This document shows, one piece after another, positions 13,185 to 27,317 of a stretch of 64,000 nt of DNA. The stretch lies in NCBI RefSeq assembly GCF_036321535.1, contig NC_087436.1, positions 23,376,001 through 23,440,000 of the forward strand, written 5' to 3'. A program made the translations under genes and the position numbers. The DNA is from Camelus dromedarius. Its lineage: Eukaryota. The notes beneath the pieces are model-generated. The model did not search any database and was not told the origin of the DNA. It saw only the letters and a program-made list of their open reading frames with translations. Position 1 is the first letter of the stretch. Each line of letters opens with the position of its first letter.

Positions 13185-13529
13185 GTGAGTATTCATTCAA
13201 GAGAATTTTTTCCTTGATTAGCTTTTTTGAAATTATTGGTTGTTAGCCTATGAAAATTGCTTCTACTGCAGAACTATAAAAAAATGTTAAATTGCTTTAT
13301 TCGACGGTATAAACCAGTACCTTAACACATTTTTGTTATTGATAGAAATGTTTAATTTGAATTGTTACTCATTTATACAAAGAAAATATACAAATGAATT
13401 ATGAATGCAAAGTGAAAACTTATTTCTTCATTTCTTAGTACAGATATTAATAAACTAATTTCAAATGACAAATTCAAGTTAATGTTCAATCCTAAATAAT
13501 GGTTAAAAAACAACAAAAGTTATTATTTA

Positions 13530-13670
13530 TTATTATGTGCCAAACACTGTCCTAAGTAGGTAGGTGAGTACTATCTTTATCTGCCTTTTACCAGTGAGGA
13601 AACTGAGGCTTATTGTACCTTATCAATGATCATACAGCTAATAAATTGCAGATTCCAAATTTAATTTAAC
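13530..13670 (-). mobile_element. MIR SINE
   Basis: tgtgccaaacactgtcctaag...tgaggaaactgaggct. Confidence 0.7.
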
Positions 13671-13842
13671 TCTAGCCTTGCAGGATTATGTATAGACATC
13701 CTTATTTAGCCTCTAAGTATTCATTTATCTTAGAATGAAAAATGAGTGTTGGATAATATTTTGTTGTGTTTCTGATATGCCTTGTATCTGTAAATTGTTA
13801 GTTTTATGTTAATGATATACTTTTTTTCAATTTTATTTATAG

Positions 13843-13901
13843 GTGGGTCTTATCAAAAGCAAAAAAAGATGATACAGATGCAGAGATTTCTATATATGAT
13901 G
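13843..13901 (+). CDS. CLGN: Calmegin exon 4 ([19 protein letters not shown])
   Basis: tttatag| ... G|gtaaga; 59 nt. Confidence 0.96.
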
Positions 13902-16480
13902 GTAAGATATTTATATAAATATCAATATAACCACTATGACCCAGAGTTCACTAGCTTTTTAAAAATAGATTATATTTTTATTAAATATGTATATATGGGG
14001 CCTGAGTCCTGCCGTCCTACTTCACAATATTTTTTCTTGTCTCCTTTCCAATATTTCTAGATGTCCCTGGGTAATCCGTACTTAAGCCACCAACTAGTGT
14101 TCTAACTCTGACCAGTTGAATTTTCATTCCTTTGCAGTTAGGCTTTTACATTTCCTGAAGCAGGATTTCCCAGGCCATAGCTATTCTCTACTGTTTCATA
14201 TCAAACATGGGCCTACCTAGACCAAGTTAAAACTTTTATAGCAAGATTCTCCTAGAGAATGCAAACAGGAAATTTACGAGAGCTGCAAGAAATGTGGCTA
14301 CTCCTGGAGCATGCATCTCCTGGCCTGCATCCATTATCACTGGGTCTTTAATAGGATTAACCATAGAAAGAAAAGTCCTGTGTGCAGGGGTCATATTTTC
14401 TTCCCTAACAGGACTCTCTTGGAGTATGACCAAAGAATTTCTTCCTCCTCCTAGTCTAAAACCAGCCTTCTCAGTTGTTAAATCCTAAAGCAAGATCAGC
14501 CTCAGTCAAGGTGACAGATAGGGGGAATTTCCTCTCTCAGAGGACCTCAGACCCATGAGGATATGACCTCACACTTTGACCCCACTAGGCATTACATGAG
14601 ACAGACAATAAAACAAATAACAGCATGTGTAGGATGCCAGCCGTCTACTTCCTTTTCATAGTGTTCTAGTGTGAGATAAAGATCATTTCTGCATGTCTTC
14701 CTTTGTAGTGTTCTCCATCCCAACAAATCCTCTGAGCCTGTATAAGCCTGTATACTCAAACAGAACTCTACCATATGCACAGAACAGCAATACTATGTTC
14801 AGTCTAAATCCATTTAGAGAAAAGAAAAACTTCCCTTGAAGAAGCAACAAGTATACAGAGATACAATGCTACCTAAAGTGATACCCACAGAAATGTACAC
14901 CATCAAACAGAATGCTAGACTTAAAACATCTGTATTTATGTTACTTTTCAGTTGTCTGAAACAACATTGGGTAGATATTTGCTTTCCATTTGTTAGAAGG
15001 ATCCATTGATGGAATTTTCCTAAAATTAAGATACAGTCTATTTTATGAGTGAGTTTAAGTCTCTGTTTCCTTCCAGACAAATACGAGTCTTGGTGTTTAA
15101 ATGAGTTTTCCCCAGCTTGAAATTAGAAATCAAACTAGCAAGCAAAAAACAAACTTTGTAACATCTAAGTTTTTTCTGTAGTCTTACTACCCAAATAGCC
15201 ACAAAAATAATTTTTAGCATAATAAATTTGGTGTGGTTGGTTGACTGTTTTTAATTTCTTGAAAGCAACTTTGAAAAATATGAAATCCCTCAAAGTTTCA
15301 GGTCCTGAAAATGGCATTTTGTGTATCAGTTTTAGGAGTGTTGTTTACATAGTGGTTACTTGAGACCAATATCAGTTTATTTGCATGAATATTTAATATT
15401 TGTAGTCTTTAATCACAGCCTCTGTCAAGAGCCACTTGAGTAAAACTAATTCCTAGGTTTTCAGGAACAAGCAAATCTGTGTAAAACATTGTGTGCTGGG
15501 GAAGAAGTTTGCATTTGGAGGAGACTTATGTAAAATTTTGAGATTAAATTATTAATAAAAATATAGAGGTTTAATAAATCACCACTTCTTTAAGTGACTA
15601 ACTCTCGGATATCTTATAAAATTGTGTGAATTCTTTTTGAAATTTCACTTACATTAGAGTTTATATAACCTGGCATTGTATAGAATTTGAGTAAATAGTT
15701 AATGAATAGTTATTGTTGATTTGAGATTGGGAAAACTTGTCATTGAGGTATAATCACCTTGTCAGAGGTTTTCTAAAATTAAAGTAGTGCCTTTAGATAG
15801 TACCTTTTCATAGCTAATAAATGTATGCACAATTGCAAAAAAGGCAACATAGTTTTAAAAGTCCTTTACTATCAATATCCTGAAAACCCTAGAGTTGTTA
15901 CTTCTTAAAAGAAGACCTTTTTGATTTGGTCAAACCACAGGTTAGTAGTGATAATACAATTTATCATTCATGTGAGAGAAGAAAAACCAAATGAGTTCAT
16001 CTTTTTAAGAAAAGTATGGTATAACCAAGTTAGAGGACAAAAAGGAAAAGAAACCTGAAAACTTCAAAAAGTGATTTTTTAAAAGACCAATAAATTAGGC
16101 ACAATGATAGACCAAAAAACACCCCTCTCTGATTCATAAGTCTGTTCAGGTTCTTGCACTGTTGTTTTTTAGGAAGAAAAAATATATATAAAATACATTA
16201 GTAATTCAAAAGTGCCCATTGATATTTCATGTTGGCACAATTCCGGAAAATAGCTAATTTTCCCAAAATTGAGTTTTCTTGGAATAGGCAGTACCTCTAA
16301 TTTTCAAAACTAGAACATTTTATACAAATTAAAGTAAGTTAACTACTTTGTTTGTTTAAAACTCTTACTCTTTTAGAGTAAAGGAGGAGAGTCAAACCTA
16401 CAGCTTTTGGGCTGCAGGTAACCTCCACCTAGCTTTGCACTGTATGCAGCCTGTGATCTAATTTCAGGAGCTTCCTGATC

Positions 16481-16613
16481 TTTTTTTTTTTTTTTAATTT
16501 TATTTTATTGAGTTATAGTCAGTTTACAATGTTGTGTCAATTTCCAGTGTAGAGCACAATTTTTCAGTTATGCATGAACATGCATATATTCATTGTCGCA
16601 TTCTTTTTCATCA
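16481..16613 (-). mobile_element. Young 5'-truncated L1 3' end with 15-bp TSD
   Basis: Poly(T) head, L1 3'UTR text, perfect flanking GAGCTTCCTGATCTT at 16468-16482 and 16614-16628. Confidence 0.88.
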
Positions 16614-17288
16614 GAGCTTCCTGATCTTAAACACGGGAAATTCCAGCCCAGAGAGGGCCTACCTCAGCTTTGCTGTGCTACAACCTAGTGCTTATCCCAG
16701 CGCTGTGTGCTACTTTCTTGGCCAGAAGTTTTGAGAACTGGTTGGCTTAGCCTGGGTAGGGTGTTCTTTGGGCATACAGTTTTCAAAATAAAATTTAAAT
16801 CCCTATGATAACTTTTGCAAAGTAAGAAAAGTAGCTGATGAATACCTTAAAAATAAATAGACTGAGGCAAACTGCTCATTTTGTATTAAGGATGTACTTT
16901 GTCTCATATGTAATTTTAAAGTATCTCATTTAAAAAATACAATGTTGATAGATTCTATGAAAAAAATCACATTTTGTAATTTCACTGATTTATAAATCTT
17001 TTAGAGAAATCTTAACTAAGCCAGCTAAGTGCCTTAATCAAATATTGTAGTGTCTGTTATTTATTAGTTTCCAAAATTTTAGCTAAGAAAATGAAACCAT
17101 TCTCTGATAAGAGAAAAAAAAAAAGAGCAGACATACATACAGGTGCAGATATTATTTCCTGATTTAAAATCTGGTTTTATTTTTCCCAAATCAGCCTTCA
17201 TGGAAAAATCTTGTTGGTCACCCCTGCTGATAAATCTTTTAAGTCAGTATTTTTTATTTTATTTAATTTGCTTTGTTTTATATTTTAG

Positions 17289-17430
17289 GAAGATGGGAAA
17301 TAGAAGAATTGAAAGAAAACCGAGTACCTGGTGACCGAGGACTGGTGTTGAAATCTAGAGCAAAGCATCATGCAATATCTGCTGTATTAGCAAAACCCTT
17401 TGTCTTTGCTGATAAGCCTCTAGTAGTTCA
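17289..17430 (+). CDS. CLGN: Calmegin exon 5 ([48 protein letters not shown])
   Basis: attttag| ... CA|gtaagt; 142 nt; calnexin-family lectin domain sequence. Confidence 0.97.
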
Positions 17431-18251
17431 GTAAGTTTTTAATATTATGTTTTTAATATTTTTTCTGACATTTATATTTTATGTAATTTGGTTTCTGAAT
17501 ATAGGTATAATGGGTATAAAATGGGCAAAAATTCCAGAATTTACTTTTCCGTATTATTTACTTAAATACACAATGTGTGTATATACACAAACAGCCTCAG
17601 GTTTTGAGTGAGTGAAAAGAAGGTTAGTTGAAAAATTATATAATATATGCTATAATATGTAACATTCCACTGCAGTAAACTGTGTAATGCATACTAAAAT
17701 CACCATTTTAATTTTAACTCTTTTCTTAAAATTACTTGCTGTTAAGATATATAAACATCATTATATTCAGAATGTAACCATAAATATTGCTGTTAAACCA
17801 GTGATAAGATTCAAAGGGAGCAAATTTATTTTTAAAAGGAAATGCGCTTTTAAAGGGCACACGTTCTCACAAGACAGTTCTCCCCTCCCATGCAATGTGA
17901 CATAAACTAGTTTTATTGTGATGTTGTTTGCATGTGTAACTGTCATAAAATCAAGTATAAATTCCTCAAGCTTATTTCACCTATAATGATATAAAACCAT
18001 AGTAGATCTATATGAACACAATTACAAGACCAGTGAAACTCAAAACAAAGAAAAGGAAATGTAGAAATGTTACTTTCTACCTTATATCAAAAGATTGTCC
18101 AAAGTTAATTACAGTGTAAAGAAATACCATTAACTGTAAACTTATCACTTCAGAACCCCTTCAGTTTTTTGTTAACATGTTAAATATGTTCCTACCTGGT
18201 TTAACTAAAATGGCATTTTGTATTTTAGAAATTTAAAACGATATGGCATTT

Positions 18252-18430
18252 GGAGGGCAGGGTATAATTCAAGTGGTGGAGTGCATGCTTAGCATGCAAG
18301 GTGCCAGGTTCAATCCCAGTACCACCTCCAAAAATAAATAAATAAACCTAATTACCCCACATACACACACACAAAAAGCTTAAATAAATAAATAAATAAA
18401 GTTACCTAGAAAATGTGAAGAAAAAAAGCC
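18252..18430 (+). mobile_element. tRNA-derived SINE, vic-1 (camelid) type
   Basis: A-box-like ggtataattcaagtggt, B-box ggttcaatccc, (AAAT)n tail, TSD ATATGGCATTTGG at 18241-18253 and 18432-18444. Confidence 0.8.
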
Positions 18431-19869
18431 AATATGGCATTTGGTATAATCAGCTTAATTTTTCAGTTGTAATGCTTTCTTTGTCTCAGTTGCCTTGTTA
18501 TTTCAATAAATTTAAAATATCAAATAATATCAGAGTATACACCCATTTAAACAAATTAAAAATACTGTAAGTACTTACAGGGATTAATATTTGAGCTCTG
18601 TATTATTTATCATTATTCAGAGTTTGGTTTCTTTTTTCTTGAAAATTTGAAAGTAATCTTACTTGTTGAACTTGGGTGAATATAATATTTTCTATTTTAA
18701 TTTTTTGTGACTTGAATGAAAAGGTAAAGGAAAATAAATTGAGTTTAATTTATCCAGGGTAAAATGAATCAAATTTGGTATTTTCAGAAAGTAGAAATCA
18801 CTGCTAGACAAGTAAGCGAAAGATAGCTTGCAAGATTAGAAGCAAAGATTGGATAACAAGTCTAAAAAATTATTAAAGCAATTATGAAATTATTATCCTG
18901 AAAAAAGAAAAGGAGAATCAAGAAGAATTGAATAACAGTCTTTGATACGCTTGAAAAACAATTCATAGGATAGTGAATATTTGTATTTCTTAATATCGAT
19001 AAATAAAATGAATTTAAAAAATGAAATGGGATAAATGAAGAAATTTTGTATTAACTACTATAAATACTATAATTTTACTCTAAAGCTGCTTTTCCCAAAT
19101 TATGTACATATTAATATGCATTATGTGGTCATATAAGTTTTAGAAATTAAGAGTATCTAAACCTTAGAGATAAGGAAGCATATTTGTCCATTAAAGACTG
19201 AGAAGTTCTATGTATAAAAACCTGTTTTTAACTTGAATATTGTGTTTCTCAAACATATTTGACCACAGAAGTTCAAATATATACAACAATAATTACTATT
19301 TCATGGGACAACTTAGGAAATGATAGTCTAAAGAAAATAGGGTTAACATATACTCTTGCATTCGTCCTTATTTTTCCTGTGATTTAAGATTAGCAGCTGT
19401 CCAGCTCTATGACATACATTTCATTGATCCTTGAATCCACTGTGACTATTTATACTAGGCACAAGATAATGATTTGAAAACTTTTGAAGTTTGCAGTGTA
19501 TGAAATAGACATAGTGATTGAATCTAGTCATCATAGGACAGCAGAGCTATGTTTACATGTAAAGAAACCATTTACACAATGGTTCTTTCTAGTTCTTATC
19601 TTTTCATAGAACCCTTTGTCTTAGATCACCTATAATAAAGTTGTATCTCTTTTTATTTTATTTTACTTAGAATAGCGAACATTTACTTTTAATTCAGATT
19701 GTGCACCATTTCTTTTACTTTATAGTCTTCAAAGACGTGTTTCATGAAAAAAAAGTTTCTTACCATCTACTGCTTAAGGTATTGATAAGGCTTTGAAGAA
19801 AATAAAATTTTTTATTTAGAGAATGAAAAAGAACAAAAGAAAACTTTTCTTCTGATTATAACAGAAGCT

Positions 19870-20100
19870 AATATTTTTGAGCATTTATTTGCCCATCATT
19901 CTGCATGACAGTCTCTAATCATCATAATAGTCCTTTGAGGTGTAGCTGTGGGCAGTGTCCTCCCTACATTATAGACAAGCAGATAGATTAGAGCTTTAAT
20001 AAAGTGCCTTTAGCCAAGGTGTCACCAGAGTCAGTGGCAGAATCAAAAATAAATCTCAGGTCTTTCTGACTCCAAAGCACATGTTTTTAACCACTATTGT
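19870..20100 (-). mobile_element. MIR SINE
   Basis: ttttgagcattt...agtggcagaatc...tctttctgactccaaagcacatgtttttaaccact. Confidence 0.6.
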
Positions 20101-21180
20101 AGACACCTTGAGATATAAAGCAGGGTAGGAAGTAGGAAGGGGAAATCACCATAATCTCCAGCAACTCAGAGATGTTCACTTAGAATTTTACTATATTTTC
20201 TCTATTCTTTTCTATGCAAAATACATATACTAGTTGGGCTCAAATTGTCAAAGTTTTGTTTTTTTTTTTTAACTTTGTCATGAAAGTTTCTTCAGAAACA
20301 CTTTAAAACTACAGTCCTTTATTAAAATTATCAATATTTCTGTTGCTTCTCTGGTTTTCATCTCTTTTTGTTTTAATTTTTTAAACCAAATCATAACCTT
20401 TTTGGTTTTCACTTTGATGGCCATTTCCTCGTTGATTTTTGTCATACTTAATTCACCAATTTACTGAAAATCTCTTCTAAATATTGTTCACTAAGTCTAT
20501 CTCATTGCCTAAACAAGACAACAATAACAGAACTTTTACTGAGAGTTAGTGTTGTAAATCCATGAAAAGACTGCCATGTCAGTACACTCTTTTAACTGTT
20601 ACACTGTATTTCACCTGTCTCCTGGCTTTTAAGATCTGAAATGTTTCATATTATTGACTAAGATTATGAAATCTCTTTGCTGGTGGTATTTAATGTACAA
20701 CTTACTTAACATGGTTTAGGTATAGCTGAACTAAAAGACAAATTAATAGTGAACTGGATATCTAAGATCATTAGCAATTTCTTAGAAATCTATATTGTAG
20801 CTATGATCCCCATACTCTTTGTTTTGTAGTTTATAAAGAATATGTATAGTGCATACCTTATTTCAATTTGAAGTTTCTTGTTAACAGTTTAGTCAGAGTA
20901 GCTATTCTTAATTCAGCAGTTTTGATAAAAAAAATTATTTCCACAAATTGGTTGGCTTTTCTATAGCTGATTATAATCATTCTATTTTTAATATGTCAAG
21001 GATGTGCATAGAAAAGGCATTTCTTGCTTATTCCCTATAGGTTGTGGATATTCTTTGTATGAGCTTTCTGGTAATGTAAAGTGTTTATGTTTAAATGAAT
21101 TAAAAGTAATACATTAGATTTTGAAGAACAATTAGTATTTTTTATTTATCAGCAGTATGATTCTTTTTCCCTTCATTTAG

Positions 21181-21262
21181 ATATGAAGTAAATTTTCAAG
21201 ATGGTATTGATTGTGGAGGTGCATACATTAAACTCCTAGCAGACACTGATGGTTTGAATCTG
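21181..21262 (+). CDS. CLGN: Calmegin exon 6 ([27 protein letters not shown])
   Basis: catttag| ... CTG|gtatga; 82 nt; calreticulin/calnexin signature [10 protein letters not shown]. Confidence 0.97.
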
Positions 21263-21994
21263 GTATGATATTTTAATGTTTAAGAAAACATTGTTAAAGT
21301 TAATAAGTATTTTTAAGGAGTAATTGACACAACTGAAATTTTCATTTTCAAATGAAGTAAAAAATAACTTTGAAAATTTTAATTCAACATGAGTTTATAT
21401 AGCTTTTACAGTGTGCTTTCAAGTTTCGTACACAGCTGTTACTTGATAGCCATCAGTTTTGTAATCTTTGGCGACATAAAAAAAAAGTTTGCCATGTCTA
21501 AATAAAAAATAACATGGTGCTTACAAATGTCACTGAAAGATCAGCTTACAGTTATTTTCTTTACAAAATAATGTCATAAGTTTGTTCAGAGGAGTAAGAT
21601 AATGGAGCAAAGCAGTAAAAACAAAATGACCAAAGAACCAAATAAAAAAGTTCAGGAGTTGGCAGTCTGCAAAAATTAACTAAGTTAAAAATGTTTTCAT
21701 AGTGAAGCAGGTTATATTAGGACCATTTGAAGTTTGGAGACATTTCTTATAGCATCTTCCTACAGGAGGCTGTGTCAGGGTTTCCGCATATAACAAAAGT
21801 AAAATAAATGAGACAAGACATTAATGAGATATTTGTCAGAACACGTGGCTATGAAGCAGATTAAAGGATTCATGTATTATTATTAGGATCCGGTAAAGGG
21901 GAGGCCATTTGTAGTATATGGTGAAGCTCTAGGTATTGTAAGGTGATGATCACTGAAGCTACAATGACAATGGTAAGGTCAAATGCCAAGTCTT

Positions 21995-22205
21995 TTTCTG
22001 AGCACTTTATCTGATTAACTCAGTTAATCCTCACAGAAACCTTATAAGGTACATACTATTATTATCTCCACCAGAGGTGATAAAACAGAGCTACAGGGAA
22101 GTTAAGAAATTTTTCTCAGGGCCGCATACAGCTGGTTTAAAGGCAATGGTAGGATTTGACTACCAAATATCTGACTTCAGATCTCCTGCTCTTAACCAAT
22201 AGGCC
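21995..22205 (-). mobile_element. MIR SINE
   Basis: ttaatcctcacagaaaccttataaggtacatactattattatctcca. Confidence 0.7.
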
Positions 22206-22720
22206 ATGCCAAATGAAGAGAAATTAGTAGTAAAACAGGGAGCATGTCTCTGTATCTGTTTTTGAGTCTGAATCTCTTCTTCACTCTGTGCTAAGGAGTG
22301 CCATTTTCTGGTGTCTTACTGATTAATAGTAATGGATAAGTAAGCATTGTAGTCTTAAGGTCAGAGTATGCTTTTCTCTGTCCTTAATTTTCTTAATAAA
22401 ATATTAATAATGTAGATCTAAGTAAAGTAATTAAAGCTTACTATGATGTTGCTAGGGTGGTTCCAGCTTCTCTCCTACGTCTTCAGGATGGGAGTAGTGT
22501 GTCTGTTTTTAAAAAAATCTATTTTGAAATAGTTTGTCATATTTGACAAGTAGAAAAATTTGTCAGGTTTCCACATCCTTTACTGTCAACTGTGTCAACT
22601 AATTTTTTAGTAAATTAGCATTTAATACATTTTTATACACTCTACCCAATAAGATAGAATAGGGAAATTCACTAAATATTCTAATTCTGGACTAATCCCA
22701 ACACTCATCTCTCTTTGAAG

Positions 22721-22913
22721 GAAAACTTCTATGATAAAACATCCTATACCATTATGTTTGGACCAGATAAATGTGGAGAAGATTATAAACTTCATTTTAT
22801 CTTCAGACATAAACATCCCAAAACTGGAGTTTTTGAAGAGAAGCATGCCAAACCTCCAGATGTAGACCTTAAGAAGTTCTTTACAGACAGGAAGACTCAT
22901 CTTTATACCCTTG
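22721..22913 (+). CDS. CLGN: Calmegin exon 7 ([19 protein letters not shown]...KTHLYTL)
   Basis: ctttgaag| ... TTG|gtatac; 193 nt; signature IMFGPDKCG. Confidence 0.97.
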
Positions 22914-25892
22914 GTATACCCTTTTAATTAATTAATTCAGAATATTTGCTGACTACCAGTGTTTTCATGGCAAGTGCTTTGGGAGAAACAAACATGGATC
23001 CTTTTGTTATGGAGCTTATCTTTTTAAGAAGATGAGACACACATACTTATAGCTCAGGTAGAAAGTAAAATGCAGTGTGAGATGAGGTATAGCTAAGAGC
23101 TCAAAAGCAATATTACTTCCAGTTTGGAAACTTGGAGAAAACCTAGTGAAGGAGACTATATTTGGCCTAGTCTTGAAGTGTAGATACAATGTGAAAGACA
23201 GGAAGGGAAAGGGATATTTTAGACACCCTGACATTAGTGGTGCTGAAAGAATAGAATACTGGAGAATAAGGTTAAAGAGGAAAGAAGCCCCTAATGTTAG
23301 ACTTTGTTTACAGGCAGTTGTGGTCATTTTTGGCTCCTCCCTTGGTTGTGGCACATTTCTAAACTTTGACAGGGAAAGCATTGAGCAACCGTCTATTAAC
23401 ATACTTAGCTTTGCTTACATAACTAGGAGTTTGCGTAGATGTTGATGGGGAGAAACATTATATGGGATTGTTTCTCCTTTTCCCAAGAACATATGGTTAT
23501 AGAGCTTTGGTCTGCTCATGATTACTTAAAATCACAGCATGTCAGAACCTAACAGGACAAATCCATCCAAGACAAAGATATTTCAATTTTCTTTCCAAAG
23601 ACTGCAGTCACAGAAACATTTATTGTGTCTGCCAAGGCAGGGACCAATTTTAATGTCATCATTGATATCAAAGACCTTTTTCTGAAATAGCAAAATAGTA
23701 CCGGACATTTTGGGGAACATTATAAACTGTAGAAATATAGAGATAATAATAATTAGAACAGAACAAATGAATTTTAATTAGACTTTGTTCAGGCCTGTTC
23801 AAAAGCAATTTGGTAATGTATATCAAAAGCTATAAGAAGTTTATGTCCTTTGATACCACAGTTCCACTTTCAGGAATTTATCCAAAGAGAATAATCCAGA
23901 AGAAAGAAAATTACCTGTGTATAAAAATATACTATACATTGGAAGCAACCCAAGCATTACAATAGGGGTTTTCTATACAATACAAAATGATAGCTATGAA
24001 AATGTTTAGCAACAGGAAAGAAATGCTTATAATATTAAGATGGAGAAACAAAATAAAATTCAAATTGGAGGCACATAATGATGACCACTAGACAAGTTAT
24101 GCAAGCAAATAGAAAAAGACTAGAAAAAAACTAATTTTTATCAGTCACCTGATAGGTACTGTGCTCTATGCACTTTACTTAGAACCATTATATGAGGTGA
24201 GCAGTTTCTATTTTGCCTTAAGGTTAAGTAACTTGCTCTAAGAAACAAACATAATTGGTAGGACTGGAATTGAAGTTCAAGTCTGACTTCTAAACATTTG
24301 CTTTCTTACTGTACACAAAAACTTTACTGTATTAGGATTATTGAATGACTTTTTTCTTTTTAAAAAAACTTTCTGCAATAGTATTATATTTTTATAATAT
24401 TATTCTGTAGTTGTTCTAAGAACCTTACAGGGTATCTTAGAAGACTTTGTAATCCAATGCCTTTAATTGTAGATTCATTTAAAATATTTAATAGTTTTCT
24501 AAATGGAAATTTTTTTTTGGCTGAAGATTTTGGACAAGGATGCCTTTTCACATGTGCATAATTGTTGTGTGCTTTATTTGTTTTATTGTAACTTTAAAAA
24601 ATTTCATTTGCAAAATTTATTCAGAAAATATTCTTTTCAGGATTTCTCTTGAGAAATACCTTTTTTTTTTTAATTAGGAAGGATCTAGTACTTTTTTGCA
24701 TTTAAGATCTTACTGTTAGTTCTACTTTAGTCTTAACTTTTTTCCTTTGTATAGTAATATAGTTTTATAATGTCAGCTGTAATAGAAGAGAAAATAGTGG
24801 AGAAAAAATAAAAGGGAGAAAATACCAAGTGTTCATTTACATTATTTGATTTTGTATATAACTGGCAGTATTTAATTTTGATATAAATAATTTGGTATTT
24901 AAAATTATTGTGACTGCAACCTCTGGAGATTGTTATTCTTCAGAACTATTTTTTTTAAGAAAGTGGTAGCCACTTACCTAGTTAAGTCAGAATGAGTCTG
25001 ACATTTATTGACAACTCCTACTTCCTTAACTTACTGAAAGCACATGATAGGCAGCTGTTTCATCTATTGTTCTTTCCAAAGGTAGAAATTATACTGACTC
25101 CCCACCCCATGTTTACAGAAGGGAGAGAGAACTTTTATTTTGTCATTACAATGATAAGGGAGTGTTTTATAAAACTTCTGGCTTAGGGACTTTTAGAGCT
25201 AGAATTTACCTCAAAGCAAACATACTAAAGTCTGAATATTTTCAATCATCCTTAAGATATTTGACACTACAGTGTATGAATCATTGAATTTGAAATGCCA
25301 GTGAGCTTTATAGATTTCTAGGAAGTAATAAGAATATTAAGAAGTAATAAGTATATGTTAAATTCCTGATTTTGGTGCCTAGATTGGGGTTATGAAGGAG
25401 AATGTCCTTGTTTATAGGAATTATATGTACATTAAAACATTCAGGGATAATATGGATGAGGTTAGTAATTTACTGTCAAGAAATTCAAGAAAGAATAGTT
25501 CTTTATAGTATACTTGCAACTTAGAAAGTTTGAGATTGTTTCCAAAAAATTATTTTAAAATATTGAAAAAGATTGGGTTGTATTCAGTAACCATAAAAGA
25601 GTTAAGCTGACTGGTCATGTGAGTCCTAAACTGAGGTATTGAGTATTTTTTATTTGAGAAGTAATGAAGCATTTTATTAAATTATTATTATTACTTAAAA
25701 CTTCACATTTGATTTTAGAAAGCATTATATCTAGTGATTTCAGCACATTTTGACTTAATACATTGATAATTTCTCTATTCTGGTTACAAGAAAATTTTAC
25801 CCATGAAGTTTAAGGTAGTTTGATTATTTAGAAGATTATCTTTAAAATGCCTATCAATATGATAAGGGTAATATGTTTAAATTGGTCTTTAG

Positions 25893-26082
25893 TGATAAAT
25901 CCAGATGACACATTTGAAGTATTAATTGATCAGACAGTTGTAAACAAAGGAAGCCTGTTAGAGGATGTGGTTCCTCCTATCAATCCTCCCAAAGAAATTG
26001 AAGATCCCAGTGATAAGAAACCTGATGACTGGGATGAAAGAGTGAAAATCCCTGATCCTTCTGCTGTCAAACCAGAAGATTG
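25893..26082 (+). CDS. CLGN: Calmegin exon 8 ([11 protein letters not shown]...[12 protein letters not shown]; start of P-domain)
   Basis: tctttag| ... TG|gtaagc; 190 nt; KPxDW repeats. Confidence 0.97.
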
Positions 26083-26829
26083 GTAAGCAGAAAATTTAGT
26101 AGCAAAACATTATTCTGCATTAAGTAATGAAATGTAACATATAAGTAAAATTTACAACCATGGAACTTATTCTTTCAAACATCAAAACTACTTATTTTGA
26201 CTATTTGGGGTGTAATACTTCTCTAAAATGGATTTTGTACTTCCCTGCTTTTTAATTGTCTTAATTTTCTTTTAAATCAGTATTTTAGTTTTGTTGCCTT
26301 CAGTAAAGTATTTTTATTTTGTATGTTTTCAGTGTTGTGGGGGAAAAATTCCATGAATCTACAACGCCAGTACTTTAATTCCTAGTTTGATCTTTATCAT
26401 GTCTGTATGCGCATACTTAAACACAGTTGCAGTCTTTTCAGTTATTGATTAGCTGGATTACAATAGCAATATCCTCTCAGCATCTTTTAAAACTCTGTAG
26501 GAGTCACTCATACCAGCTTGCTTACTCATACATTTTTCACTAGCTCAGTACTTGTGTGCTTTCCATTCTACAGGATTATGAATATTTTCCTTAAAATAAA
26601 TGTATTCAGTTCCTGAGTTCCCATAGTTTAAGTTCAGATGATTGGAATTACCTTTGTATATCTCCATTTACTGAGGTATTCTTTGTCCTTCAAATATGTT
26701 TTGTAATTTCTCCATAAAGACCTTGTTACCTGTATTCCTAAGAACCTTTTTTTTTTTAACCTGCTGATTGGGTAACTCTTAATTATGGTTTTGCTAAGTA
26801 GGTTATCTGTCTTTACATATTTAACCCAC

Positions 26830-27290
26830 CCCTATTAGTTACCTAATGCGGTATAACAAATTACCAAAAACTTAGCAGCTGAAGACAACAAATAAGAACT
26901 CAGTTCCTGAGAGGCAGGAATCTGGGAGTGGCTAGCTCACTTGTTCTAGCTCAGGCTCTCCTGAGGTTACAGTCACGCTGCCGTAAGAGCTGCGTGCCTC
27001 GGAAGGTTTGACTTGGGTGGCTGGAGGATCCGCTTCCCACTGGCTTTTGTGGCTGTTGTCAAGAAATTTCAATTCCCTGCCACCTGGATCTCTTCTTAGG
27101 TCTGCTCATGACAAGGCAGATGGCTCCCCGAGAAGGACTTACCCAAGAGGGAGAGAGAGAGCACAACCACAGAAATTGCAGGGCCTTTTATAACCTATTT
27201 AGAAGTGACATGCCATCACTTCAGCTGTGTTCTGTTTGTCACACAGACCAACCCTGGTACAGTTGGGAGGGGACTAAACAAAAGTATATG
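26830..27290 (-). mobile_element. MLT1-family LTR
   Basis: ataacaaattaccaaaaacttagcagct...caggaatctgggagtggc...gaagtgacatgccatcacttc. Confidence 0.75.
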
Positions 27291-27317
27291 TGCTAAGTAT
27301 GAGTAAAAAATGTTATG

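Noticed and set aside
18252..18330. Possible tRNA gene
   Set aside because: Degenerate A-box, A-rich tail and TSD show it is a SINE.
23016..23445. Opposing 128-aa and 99-aa ORFs in CLGN intron 7
   Set aside because: No recognisable domain or splice/promoter support; consistent with chance ORFs.
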